The notes under the pieces are model-generated. The model searched no databases. It was not told the DNA's origin and saw only the letters and a list, made by a program, of their open reading frames with translations. From an uncultured Porphyromonadaceae bacterium (GTDB lineage Bacteria; Bacteroidota; Bacteroidia; Bacteroidales; Muribaculaceae), in assembly GCA_900540205.1 (NCBI GenBank), contig UQER01000009.1:132-64131 (forward strand): 64,000 nt of DNA, read 5' to 3'. The position numbers and the translations under genes are program-made. Below, piece by piece: positions 56,351-64,000 of the stretch (positions are counted from its first letter, which is position 1; every line of letters begins with the position of its first letter).

Positions 56351-58042
56351 TTACGCTTCATTGTTACCCCGGTTCTTGGTTTTGGTCTTGGCTTTGACCG
56401 ACGACGTTTTGTCGAGGTCTTTTTCTTCTTTGAGGTCTATTTCCGTGCGGTTGCGGTCAAGGACCTTGTATTGCAGGTAGGCGAGAGATTCGTCAGGCAT
56501 GATCTTGAACTTTCCGCCCATGTCCAGCCGCCAGCGGCGGTAGAGCGAAATCAGGCCTTTTTTCAGGTAAGCATCGACGAATGGATGTACGTAGACGATG
56601 AAGTCTTTTTCTTTCAGCTCATTGACAAGGTAGGAGATTTTTTCTCTCAATGTGTCGGTGAACAGCAGTGACGGCTGCACCTCGCCTTTGCCGAAGCAGG
56701 ATGGACAGGTCTCGGTGGTGACTATGTCGAGAGCCGGACGCACGCGCTGCCGGGTGATCTGCATCAGTCCGAATTTGCTCAGGGGCAGGATGTTGTGCCG
56801 TGCGCGGTCGTTGGCCATCACCTGACGCATATGCTCGTACAGTGCCTGCCGGTGCTCGGCTTTGTTCATGTCTATGAAGTCGACCACAATGATGCCGCCC
56901 ATGTCGCGCAGACGCAGCTGGCGTGCAATCTCGTCGGCTGCACGGATGTTTACATCCAGGGCGTTGGTTTCCTGGTCGTTGCCGGCTTTGGTTCGGTTGC
57001 CTGAATTGACGTCGATGACGTGCAGGGCTTCCGTATGCTCGATGATGATATAGGCGCCCGATTTGAACGATACTGTCTTGCCGAACGACGATTTTATCTG
57101 GCGGGTGATGTTGAAGTGGTCGAAAATCGGCTCATTGCTGTTGTAGAGCTTTACGATATCGGCTTTTTCGGGTGCGATCAGGCTGACATATTTCTTTATC
57201 TGGGCCATTATGCCGGGGTCGTTGACGTAGATGTCCTCGAACGTAGTGGAGAACACGTCGCGGAGCACGCCCACAATGCGGCTTTCCTCTTCGAAGATGA
57301 GCGAGGGCACGGGTGCGGTGCGGGCTTTGGCCACAGTGTCGTTCCACGATTGCAGCAGAGTCTGCAGCTCGTGGTTAAGTTCAGCCACTGATTTACCTTC
57401 GGCCGAGGTGCGGATGATCACACCGAAGTTTTTCGGCTTGATGCTCTCCACCAGATGGCGCAGGCGCAGCTTTTCGGCTGTTGTCTTGATTTTCTGGGAA
57501 ATCGAGATCTTGTCGCTGAACGGGATGAGCACCATGTATCGGCCTGTGAAGGCTATCTCGGTGGTGAGGCGCGGCCCTTTCGACGAAATGGGTTCTTTCA
57601 CAATCTGCACCATAAGCTCGCGGCCGGCTGTGAGCTGGTCGGTGATGGTGCCGTGCTTGTCGATGTCGGGCAGCAGTTTCATGCGCGAAATGTCGGGCAG
57701 TTTGCCGCCGGGACGTTTGGGTGGATTGGCGCCTTTTTTGCTGTTGTTGTCGGGTGTTGCGTCGGCAGGCTGCTCGCCAAACACCTGCTTTGTGAATTCC
57801 GAGTAAGAAGAAAAATGCGGACCAAGATCCAGGTAATGAAGGAAAGCGTCTTTCTCGTAGCCTACGTTGACAAAGGCCGCGTTAAGCCCGGGCATGAGCT
57901 TCTTGACCTTGGCGACGTATATATCGCCCACGGCGTAGGCAATGTCGCGGCTCTCTTTCTGGAGAGACACCAGACGACCATCCTCAAGCAGGGCTATGGA
58001 GACCTCCTTGGGCTGCACATCGACGATCAGTTCGCTTTTCAT
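56351..58042 (-). CDS. rng: Rne/Rng-family ribonuclease (RNase G-like)
   Basis: The start is taken at MKSELIVDV. It has an S1 domain and a DNase-I-like catalytic core. The C-terminal CPSCFGKGEV is the Zn-link. Confidence 0.75.
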   Translation of the reverse strand: MKSELIVDVQPKEVSIALLEDGRLVSLQKESRDIAYAVGDIYVAKVKKLMPGLNAAFVNVGYEKDAFLHYLDLGPHFSSYSEFTKQVFGEQPADATPDNNSKKGANPPKRPGGKLPDISRMKLLPDIDKHGTITDQLTAGRELMVQIVKEPISSKGPRLTTEIAFTGRYMVLIPFSDKISISQKIKTTAEKLRLRHLVESIKPKNFGVIIRTSAEGKSVAELNHELQTLLQSWNDTVAKARTAPVPSLIFEEESRIVGVLRDVFSTTFEDIYVNDPGIMAQIKKYVSLIAPEKADIVKLYNSNEPIFDHFNITRQIKSSFGKTVSFKSGAYIIIEHTEALHVIDVNSGNRTKAGNDQETNALDVNIRAADEIARQLRLRDMGGIIVVDFIDMNKAEHRQALYEHMRQVMANDRARHNILPLSKFGLMQITRQRVRPALDIVTTETCPSCFGKGEVQPSLLFTDTLREKISYLVNELKEKDFIVYVHPFVDAYLKKGLISLYRRWRLDMGGKFKIMPDESLAYLQYKVLDRNRTEIDLKEEKDLDKTSSVKAKTKTKNRGNNEA

Positions 58043-58265
58043 TAACGGGTATTGGTTGGGTTGTTTGAGTGTTCGGAGGGGGAGGTGAGGATGAAATGGG
58101 GCGGTCAGCAAAAAGTGAAACAAACTTTTATGGAGCCCGTGCGTCTTGGCGTGGCCACATGAAAGTTTGTTTCAAAAATTTCGGAAGGTCGTTTCGCCGG
58201 TTCCGTTCGGCATCCCCTTCCTCAGGGGTGCCGCCACGGCATCCGCGAATGATTAAAGGCCTGCC

Positions 58266-58355
58266 TTATTTCTTCTTGTGACGGTTCTTGCGAAGGCGTT
58301 TTTTACGCTTGTGGGTAGCCATCTTGTGGCCTTTTCTTTTCTTTCCGCTTGGCAT
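58266..58355 (-). CDS. 29-aa hyper-basic micro-ORF (MPSGKKKRKGHKMATHKRKKRLRKNRHKKK); candidate bS22-type ribosomal peptide
   Basis: My own translation of the minus strand. It is too short for the ORF track. It sits 47 nt downstream of hup and upstream of rng on the same strand. About 60 % of residues are K/R/H, as in ribosomal micro-proteins. Confidence 0.35.
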   Translation of the reverse strand: MPSGKKRKGHKMATHKRKKRLRKNRHKKK

Positions 58356-58402
58356 ATCGGTTAAATATTAGTAAGGGGAATAATTGTTTGGTTGGGATTT
58401 AT

Positions 58403-58675
58403 TTATTTCACGTCTTCCATGAACACTTTAGCCGGCTTGAAAGCGGGGATTTTGTGCTCGGGAATGATGATTGTGGTGTTCTTGGAGATGTTGCGTGCAG
58501 TTTTCTGCGAGCGGGTCTTGATGATGAAGCTTCCGAATCCGCGGAGATAAACAGGTTCATTGTGCGAAAGAGAGTCCTTCACAACTTCCATGAATTTTTC
58601 GATGGTTTCGAGAACTGCGGCCTTTTCGATGCCGGTGGTCTTTGAAATCTCGTTTACTATTTCTGCTTTAGTCAT
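58403..58675 (-). CDS. hup: HU-family nucleoid-associated DNA-binding protein
   Basis: 90 aa. MTKAEIVNEIS...GFGSF.. matches HU/IHF signatures. Confidence 0.9.
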   Translation of the reverse strand: MTKAEIVNEISKTTGIEKAAVLETIEKFMEVVKDSLSHNEPVYLRGFGSFIIKTRSQKTARNISKNTTIIIPEHKIPAFKPAKVFMEDVK

Positions 58676-58902
58676 AGTTTTGGGGATTATGCTTTTAGTG
58701 ATATTTAATTGATTAGTAGCAGTGATTTGGCTGAATGTCAGCCGTGTAGTTGCAGAATTGCGGGTTATGGCAAATTTTGCAACTGCAAATATCGCACTTT
58801 TTTTTGAAACTCATGCTATTTCGCAAGAAAAATCGCTAATTTTTTTGAAATAAACGATTTAAAGGGGAACAGTCCTCGAATTCATGCGTTGACGGAATGT
58901 GT

Positions 58903-59619
58903 TCAGATATCGGCCACACGCCACCAGCGGTAGTCCACTCCGTTGTCCACCGTATCGATTCCCTCGGCTTTCTTCAGTCGGCGCACAACCTTCACTGTTA
59001 CAGGCAGGATGAGGATTTCGTAGATGGTTTTAAGGAGCGTCTGGGTGGCTATGAGCGACACGATGGTGTCCCATGGGAGCACGCCGCCGAATGCTATGGG
59101 GAAAAACATCACCGAATCCATCCCCTCGCCGAACAGGGTACTTGCTATGGCACGCAGCGGGAAGCCTGATGCAGCATCGCCGGCGGCTGCCGCTCTGGCC
59201 TTCATGCGGCTCATGACATAGGCGTTGACCATAGACCCGCATATGAAGGCGGTGAAACTGGCCGCCATGATGCGCGGCACGCTGCCGTAGATGGCTTTCA
59301 TGGCATCCTGTTCATGCCAGTCGGCGCCTCCGGGGAGTGCTATGGCCACGTTGAGCATGATGGCCACGAAAAGGCTCATGGCGAAGCCGAGCCAGATCAT
59401 GAGCCGGGCCTTGCGGAAGCCGTAGACTTCCACCACGCAGTCGTTGATGATGTATGATATGGGAAACACCGTGACACCGGCGGTGATGGTGAACCAGCCG
59501 AGGTCCACGGTTTTTATCTCGATGAGGTTTGAGACGATGAGGCACGCTACAAACAGTACCGACAGCAGCATATATACTATGGTGAGCGGCGCGCGCGAGG
59601 GTAGAGTTGTGTTCGACAT
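58903..59619 (-). CDS. Queuosine-precursor transporter (YhhQ/DUF165, VUT family)
   Basis: 238 aa, polytopic. It has YhhQ-like conserved segments (ITAGVTVFPISYIINDCVVEVYG; LIATQTLLKTIYE). Confidence 0.7.
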   Translation of the reverse strand: MSNTTLPSRAPLTIVYMLLSVLFVACLIVSNLIEIKTVDLGWFTITAGVTVFPISYIINDCVVEVYGFRKARLMIWLGFAMSLFVAIMLNVAIALPGGADWHEQDAMKAIYGSVPRIMAASFTAFICGSMVNAYVMSRMKARAAAAGDAASGFPLRAIASTLFGEGMDSVMFFPIAFGGVLPWDTIVSLIATQTLLKTIYEILILPVTVKVVRRLKKAEGIDTVDNGVDYRWWRVADI

Positions 59620-59740
59620 GTGATCTTGTTTTTTACGAGGTGTTCAAGCACTCGGAGTGTTCTTTCGGCTGCAAAGGTACAAAAAAACACGGCCTCCGGT
59701 GTCATGGAGGCCGTTAAGATTGCTTAAGAGGGGGGCTGCG

Positions 59741-60214
59741 TCAGTCCACGCGGGTGTACCAGATGGTCACCGGTCCGTACATCGAGCCGGGCGGCCATGT
59801 GATGTTCATTCTGCCGCCGTTGATCATGTCGATGGTGCAGTCGAGGTCGTAGCTCGGTGCTCCGGCAGGATAGAAGGTGAAATATATCCAGTTGCCGAAG
59901 CAGTAGTAATCGAAATCGAGATAGTCGCCGGTGCTTATCGATTGCCAGTAGCCTGTGCCGCCGGAATAGAACACCATCTCCTCGTCAGGGTAGGAGTTGT
60001 TCTGCCACACTCCGCTTATGTACCAGTCGGATCCGGGGCCGTCGTTGTCGTCGGTGCAGGCCGAAAAACCTATGGCCACCACCAGTGCGCCGATGAGCAC
60101 TATGCACAGCGCTACGGCGCGGCCCAGTGATTTGGCCGACGGCTCGGTGGAATGCGCCAATGTGGCATGGCAGCCATTGGGCGTGGTCTTGTTTTCGGAG
60201 TCCCTCTGTGTCAT
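59741..60214 (-). CDS. Hypothetical lipoprotein
   Basis: 157 aa. Lipobox AIGFSAC after a hydrophobic stretch. It is rich in Y, W and G. The true start is uncertain. Confidence 0.4.
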   Translation of the reverse strand: MTQRDSENKTTPNGCHATLAHSTEPSAKSLGRAVALCIVLIGALVVAIGFSACTDDNDGPGSDWYISGVWQNNSYPDEEMVFYSGGTGYWQSISTGDYLDFDYYCFGNWIYFTFYPAGAPSYDLDCTIDMINGGRMNITWPPGSMYGPVTIWYTRVD

Positions 60215-60464
60215 TGTCGAATCTGTGTTAATCGCCTTGCGGCGCAGGTTAGAGTTTTTTTATCCCTTAAGAACGGCGGGTGGCCGGGGAGAGGACCGGA
60301 CCCGATTGTTTTTGCAAGATGTTACAAACTTATAACAATCAAGTGGCGTTACTTGCGGACGAGTATGCGCGATTTAACATATTTTTGCGTTTTCTGTATC
60401 CTGCCGGGCAAAAGGGGCAATAAAAGCCGCACCCTTTCGTTACTTAATCAACAATCATTTACAG

Positions 60465-61217
60465 ATGAAGCTAAAAATTCAGCATATATCGTTCGGTTGC
60501 CGCGCGTTTCTTTTGGCTGCGGTGGCTGTCGTGTCGGTGCTCGGCGCCCTGACGGCGCGTGCCGACCGGTTGAACGATAAACTGTTAAACCGCCCGTACA
60601 GCGACAACCGCCGCTGGCATCTCGGGTTCTCTGTCGGGCTCAACACGTTCGATATCTCGTTTCATCACAACGGTTTCGTCACCGACGACGGGCGCACATG
60701 GTTCATGGAGCAGCCTTCGTTCTCGCCCGGATTTTGTGTTAACGGTCTGTTCGCGCTGCGCCTGAACGATTATTTCAGCATCCGCGTCACCCCCGGCATG
60801 TGGTTCGGCAACCGTCAGATACGTTTTGCCGATACAACCACAGGTCAGGAGGAAAGGCAGGACATAAAATCGGCCTACCTGGTGCTCCCTGTCGACATAA
60901 AGTTTGCCGCCATGCGTCTGCGCAACATCCGCCCCTACGTGGTGGCAGGTGTGATTCCGGCGGTGGACGTGATGAAGAAGAAAACCGACTTTCTGCAGCT
61001 CAAATCGTCGGATTTCATGCTGTCTGTAGGCTTCGGCTGCGACCTCTACCTCCCTTATTTCAAACTTATCCCCGAGCTGAAATTCTGTTTCGGAATGGGC
61101 GACATTATCAATCACGACCGTCCGGACCTGGTGGACGACCCCTTGCGTGCCGGCGTGTCGAATTCGTTGAAGAGAGCCACATCGCAGATGGTGGTGCTTT
61201 CGTTCTATTTTGAGTAA
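60465..61217 (+). CDS. PorT/SprT-family outer-membrane beta-barrel protein
   Basis: 250 aa with a signal peptide. It has alternating beta-strand periodicity and a C-terminal ...VVLSFYFE aromatic terminus. Size and pattern match the PorT family. It lies immediately upstream of porP. Confidence 0.55.
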   Translation: MKLKIQHISFGCRAFLLAAVAVVSVLGALTARADRLNDKLLNRPYSDNRRWHLGFSVGLNTFDISFHHNGFVTDDGRTWFMEQPSFSPGFCVNGLFALRLNDYFSIRVTPGMWFGNRQIRFADTTTGQEERQDIKSAYLVLPVDIKFAAMRLRNIRPYVVAGVIPAVDVMKKKTDFLQLKSSDFMLSVGFGCDLYLPYFKLIPELKFCFGMGDIINHDRPDLVDDPLRAGVSNSLKRATSQMVVLSFYFE

Positions 61218-61223
61218 ACCGGA

Positions 61224-62231
61224 TTGATGAACATACAGATAACACATCAGATCGGACAGCTGGCGCGCAGGGTGCTCCCTGTGCTTGTGATGATCGTGGC
61301 ACTGCAGGCAAAGGCACAGACCGATGCGCAGTTCTCGCAGTATTTCGAAGTGCCGGCCTATTACAACACGGCAGCCATCGGCACCACCGACCTGCTGAAA
61401 ATCCGCGGCGGCATGCGCATGCAGTGGGTGGGCATCGACAACGCCCCGCGCACGTTTCTCGCGCTGGCCGACATGCCTTTCAAGCTTTTCAACAAGCGCT
61501 TCGGCGTGGGCCTTGTGATGCAGCAGGAGAGCATGGGCCTGTTCAAGAACATGAATATAGGCGCACAGGTGGCCTACAAGCAGAAGCTTTTCAAGGGCAC
61601 GCTCTCCATCGGGTTGCAGGTGGGATTCTTCGACCAGACATTCAAGGGCTCGGAGGTCTACATACCCGATGACGACGATTATCATCAGAGCACCGACGAG
61701 GCCATTCCCCAGCAGGACATACGAGGCAACGCCTTCGACATGGGTCTGGGTCTGTTCTACACCCACAAATGGTTCTGGGCCGGCCTGTCGGCCACTCACC
61801 TCAATTCTCCCTCGGTGAAACTCAATGCCGAAAGCGGCGAAAACTCCAATGAGAAAAACTATGAATTCAATCTGGGGCGCACGCTTTATTTTATGGCAGG
61901 CAGCAATATTCGTGTGAAAAACACGTTATTTGAAGTGATGCCGTCAGTGCTTGTGAAGACCGATTTCGACTTCACCACCTGGGAGGCCACGGCGCGTTGC
62001 CGTTACAACAAATTCCTCACAGGAGGCGTGGGCTACCGGTGGAAAGATGCCGTGTACATCACGCTATCGGCCGAGTTCAAGGGCTTCTTTCTCGGGTACA
62101 GCTACGATTATCCCACCTCGGCCATCTCAAAGGCCTCCAGCGGAAGCCACGAGGTGTTTGCCGGCTACAGCCTCAAACTCGACCTCGGCGACAAGAACCG
62201 TCACCGGCACAAGAGCATCCGCATAATGTGA
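61224..62231 (+). CDS. porP: T9SS membrane protein PorP/SprF
   Basis: 335 aa. AQTDAQFSQYFEVPAYYNTAAIG matches the PorP/SprF N-terminal signature (QFSQY...NPA-like). Confidence 0.8.
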   Translation: MMNIQITHQIGQLARRVLPVLVMIVALQAKAQTDAQFSQYFEVPAYYNTAAIGTTDLLKIRGGMRMQWVGIDNAPRTFLALADMPFKLFNKRFGVGLVMQQESMGLFKNMNIGAQVAYKQKLFKGTLSIGLQVGFFDQTFKGSEVYIPDDDDYHQSTDEAIPQQDIRGNAFDMGLGLFYTHKWFWAGLSATHLNSPSVKLNAESGENSNEKNYEFNLGRTLYFMAGSNIRVKNTLFEVMPSVLVKTDFDFTTWEATARCRYNKFLTGGVGYRWKDAVYITLSAEFKGFFLGYSYDYPTSAISKASSGSHEVFAGYSLKLDLGDKNRHRHKSIRIM

Positions 62232-62295
62232 CCCCCGTCGATACCGGGCTGCATCAGCGCTTTAAAATCAAGTAATTCAGAAGAAAACTCACCAC

Positions 62296-63750
62296 ATGCA
62301 AATGAAAAAGAACATTTCGTTATATCTGTTGCCGATGGCCATAGCCCTCACGGCAGTGTCGTGCGCTTCCGGGCGCCGCAGCGCCACCGGGGGGGAAGTC
62401 ACCGGGGTAGGCGGCACAGCGTGGGCCGAGCCGACCCCTTACGGCATGGTGCTTGTGAGCCGCGGCTCCATGGAGATGGGTCCGGCAAAGGCCGACAGCG
62501 CATGGAACATGGCCGCCGACCCCAAAGGGATGTCGGTGGATGCTTTCTGGATGGACGAGACCGAAGTGACCAACTCAAAATACAAGCAGTTCGTGTTCTG
62601 GGTGCGCGATTCCATCATCCGCGAGCGTCTGGCTGATCCCGCCTATGGCGGCAACGAGGAGTTCAAGATCGAGGAGGACAAGGAGGGCAATCCTGTCACG
62701 CCTCATCTCAACTGGAACAAGCCCATCCCCTGGCGTAACCCCGACGAGGATGCCGCGCGTGCCATCGAGAGCCTTTACCGCACCAACCCCATCACAGGTG
62801 CACGTGAGCTTGATCCCGAGCAGCTCAACTACCGCTACGAGGTGTACAACCAGACCGAGGCCGTGAAACGCAAACACCGCCTTGATCCGCGCAAGCGCGA
62901 ATACAACACCGACCGGCCCGCGCCCACCGATATCCCGATGATCTCGAAGGATACGGCGTGGATCAACGATGAGGGCGAGATTGTGCGTCAGACCATCTCG
63001 CGCGGTCTCACCGGGGACTACGATTTCCTCAACACCTACATAGTGAATGTCTATCCCGACACCACCGCGTGGGTGAACGACTTCGAGAACGCCTACAACG
63101 AGCCGTATGTGCGCATGTACTTCAGCCACGGCGGCTACAGCGAGTATCCTGTGGTAGGTGTGAGCTGGGAGCAGGCCAATGCGTTCTGCAACTGGCGCAC
63201 CGACTTCCTGAAACGTTCGCTCGGCAAGGAGGGCGTCTACATCGAGCCGTACCGTCTGCCCACCGAGGCCGAATGGGAATTCGCCGCACGTGCCGGTGAG
63301 AACGAAAACATGTATCCGTGGGAAGGCGACCTCCCCATAAGCGAGGACAAAGGCTGCTTCTATGCCAACTTCAAGCCTAACGACGGCAATTACGTGAAGG
63401 ACGGCCACCTCATCACTTCGCGAGTGGGAACGTATGCCCCCAACGATTTCGGCCTTTACGACATGGCCGGAAATGTGAGCGAATGGACCTCGACGGCATT
63501 CACCGAGGGTGTGTCGAAACTCACCAACGACCTCAATCCCGAGTACCGCTACGATGCGGCGCAGGAGGACCCCTACAAGATGAAACGTAAGATTGTGCGC
63601 GGCGGATCGTGGAAAGATGTCGCCCACAACATCCGTTCCGATATACGCATGTGGGAGTTCCAGAACGAACAGCGTTCCTACATCGGCTTCCGCTGCGTGC
63701 GTTCGCAGATAGGCTTCGCCCGCGGCCAGCAGCTCAAGACCAAGAAATGA
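62296..63750 (+). CDS. gldK: T9SS lipoprotein PorK/GldK (FGE-sulfatase domain)
   Basis: 484 aa. Lipobox LTAVSCAS. YRLPTEAEWEFAARAG and RGGSW are FGE-domain motifs typical of GldK. Confidence 0.85.
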   Translation: MQMKKNISLYLLPMAIALTAVSCASGRRSATGGEVTGVGGTAWAEPTPYGMVLVSRGSMEMGPAKADSAWNMAADPKGMSVDAFWMDETEVTNSKYKQFVFWVRDSIIRERLADPAYGGNEEFKIEEDKEGNPVTPHLNWNKPIPWRNPDEDAARAIESLYRTNPITGARELDPEQLNYRYEVYNQTEAVKRKHRLDPRKREYNTDRPAPTDIPMISKDTAWINDEGEIVRQTISRGLTGDYDFLNTYIVNVYPDTTAWVNDFENAYNEPYVRMYFSHGGYSEYPVVGVSWEQANAFCNWRTDFLKRSLGKEGVYIEPYRLPTEAEWEFAARAGENENMYPWEGDLPISEDKGCFYANFKPNDGNYVKDGHLITSRVGTYAPNDFGLYDMAGNVSEWTSTAFTEGVSKLTNDLNPEYRYDAAQEDPYKMKRKIVRGGSWKDVAHNIRSDIRMWEFQNEQRSYIGFRCVRSQIGFARGQQLKTKK

Positions 63751-63831
63751 ACCGTGAGGCTGTCGCCCTGCTCGGGGCCGGTACCGCGTATTCCGCTATA
63801 AACAAAGATAACCATTCACAGACTTTGCCAG

Positions 63832-64000
63832 ATGGGAAAGATAAAAACATATAAAAGCGGCATATCCGCCTTTATCTCCTCCGAAAAAGGCCAGCGCTTC
63901 TTCAACTTCGCCTACTCCATAGGCGCGGCCATTGTGATTTGGGGCGCGCTCTTCAAGATTCTGCACCTTCCGGGCGGCAACTTCCTGCTCTCGCTCGGTA
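63832..64000 (+). CDS. gldL: T9SS PorL/GldL, N-terminal fragment (runs off the window end)
   Basis: My own translation is MGKIKTYKSGISAFISSEKGQRFFNFAYSIGAAIVIWGALFKILHLPGGNFLLSLG. It matches the GldL N-terminal TM hairpin (FAYGMGAAVVIVGALFKI...). It is 80 bp downstream of gldK. Confidence 0.75.
   Translation, partial: MGKIKTYKSGISAFISSEKGQRFFNFAYSIGAAIVIWGALFKILHLPGGNFLLSLG

Noticed and set aside
58741-58800. A sigma-54-like TGGCA-N-TTGCA element plus a partial palindrome in the hup-yhhQ intergenic region
   Set aside because: The GG-to-GC spacing is 2 nt too short for the -24/-12 consensus. It lies on the plus strand, where it would drive only antisense transcription.
60360-60400. A possible Bacteroidota-type TAnnTTTG -7 box upstream of the PorT-like gene
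   Set aside because: No convincing -33 TTTG at the right spacing. It is too weak to call.
60585-61799. A 404-aa minus-strand ORF
   Set aside because: It is antisense to the PorT-like and porP genes. It is rich in H, R and V.
62575-63627. A 350-aa minus-strand ORF
   Set aside because: It is antisense to gldK.
1-64000. tRNA, rRNA and CRISPR arrays
   Set aside because: No cloverleaf-like GTTC(G/A)AATC motifs or regularly spaced direct repeats were seen in any intergenic region.

Overview
A 64 kb chromosomal window at roughly 58-60 % GC that reads as Bacteroidota, probably Bacteroidales; no species claim is made. Family assignments rest on motifs visible in the translations. Most of it is housekeeping and envelope genes. 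Type IX secretion (T9SS) genes sit at both ends: a PorX-like response regulator, a cargo protein with a T9SS C-terminal domain (CTD) and a PorW/SprE-like TPR lipoprotein near the start, and a PorT-like, porP/sprF, porK/gldK and the start of porL/gldL at the end. The middle holds an 8-gene leftward operon that joins peptidoglycan recycling (AmpG, NamZ, a BadF-type MurK-like kinase, SpoIID) to two GT2 glycosyltransferases, a DUF4922 HxHxQ enzyme and a 930-aa amidase-like exoprotein. The rest includes rpoN, purE, ispG, an M16 peptidase, a ROK kinase with manA, ahpCF, an Rne/Rng-family RNase, HU, SSB, folB, dusB, birA, tsaE, a TonB-dependent receptor and an OPT-family transporter. The strongest candidate for something new is a ~5 kb low-GC islet (23956-28996) inserted at the 3' end of the OPT gene. 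It is bounded by ~96-bp imperfect direct repeats and lies beside a Y1 HUH transposase-like gene. It carries three co-directional secreted proteins: a small T9SS-CTD protein, an orphan SusD-like protein with no lipobox and no SusC partner, and a 798-aa protein. All three share an N-terminal beta-hairpin-like module not explained by known domains. Other oddities are a His-rich mini-protein in front of the TonB receptor, a 29-aa hyper-basic micro-ORF between hup and the RNase gene, nested inverted-repeat elements, and an AT-rich patch with a truncated AAA-ATPase remnant. No tRNA, rRNA or CRISPR was seen. The many long antisense ORFs in the track are judged to be high-GC artefacts.
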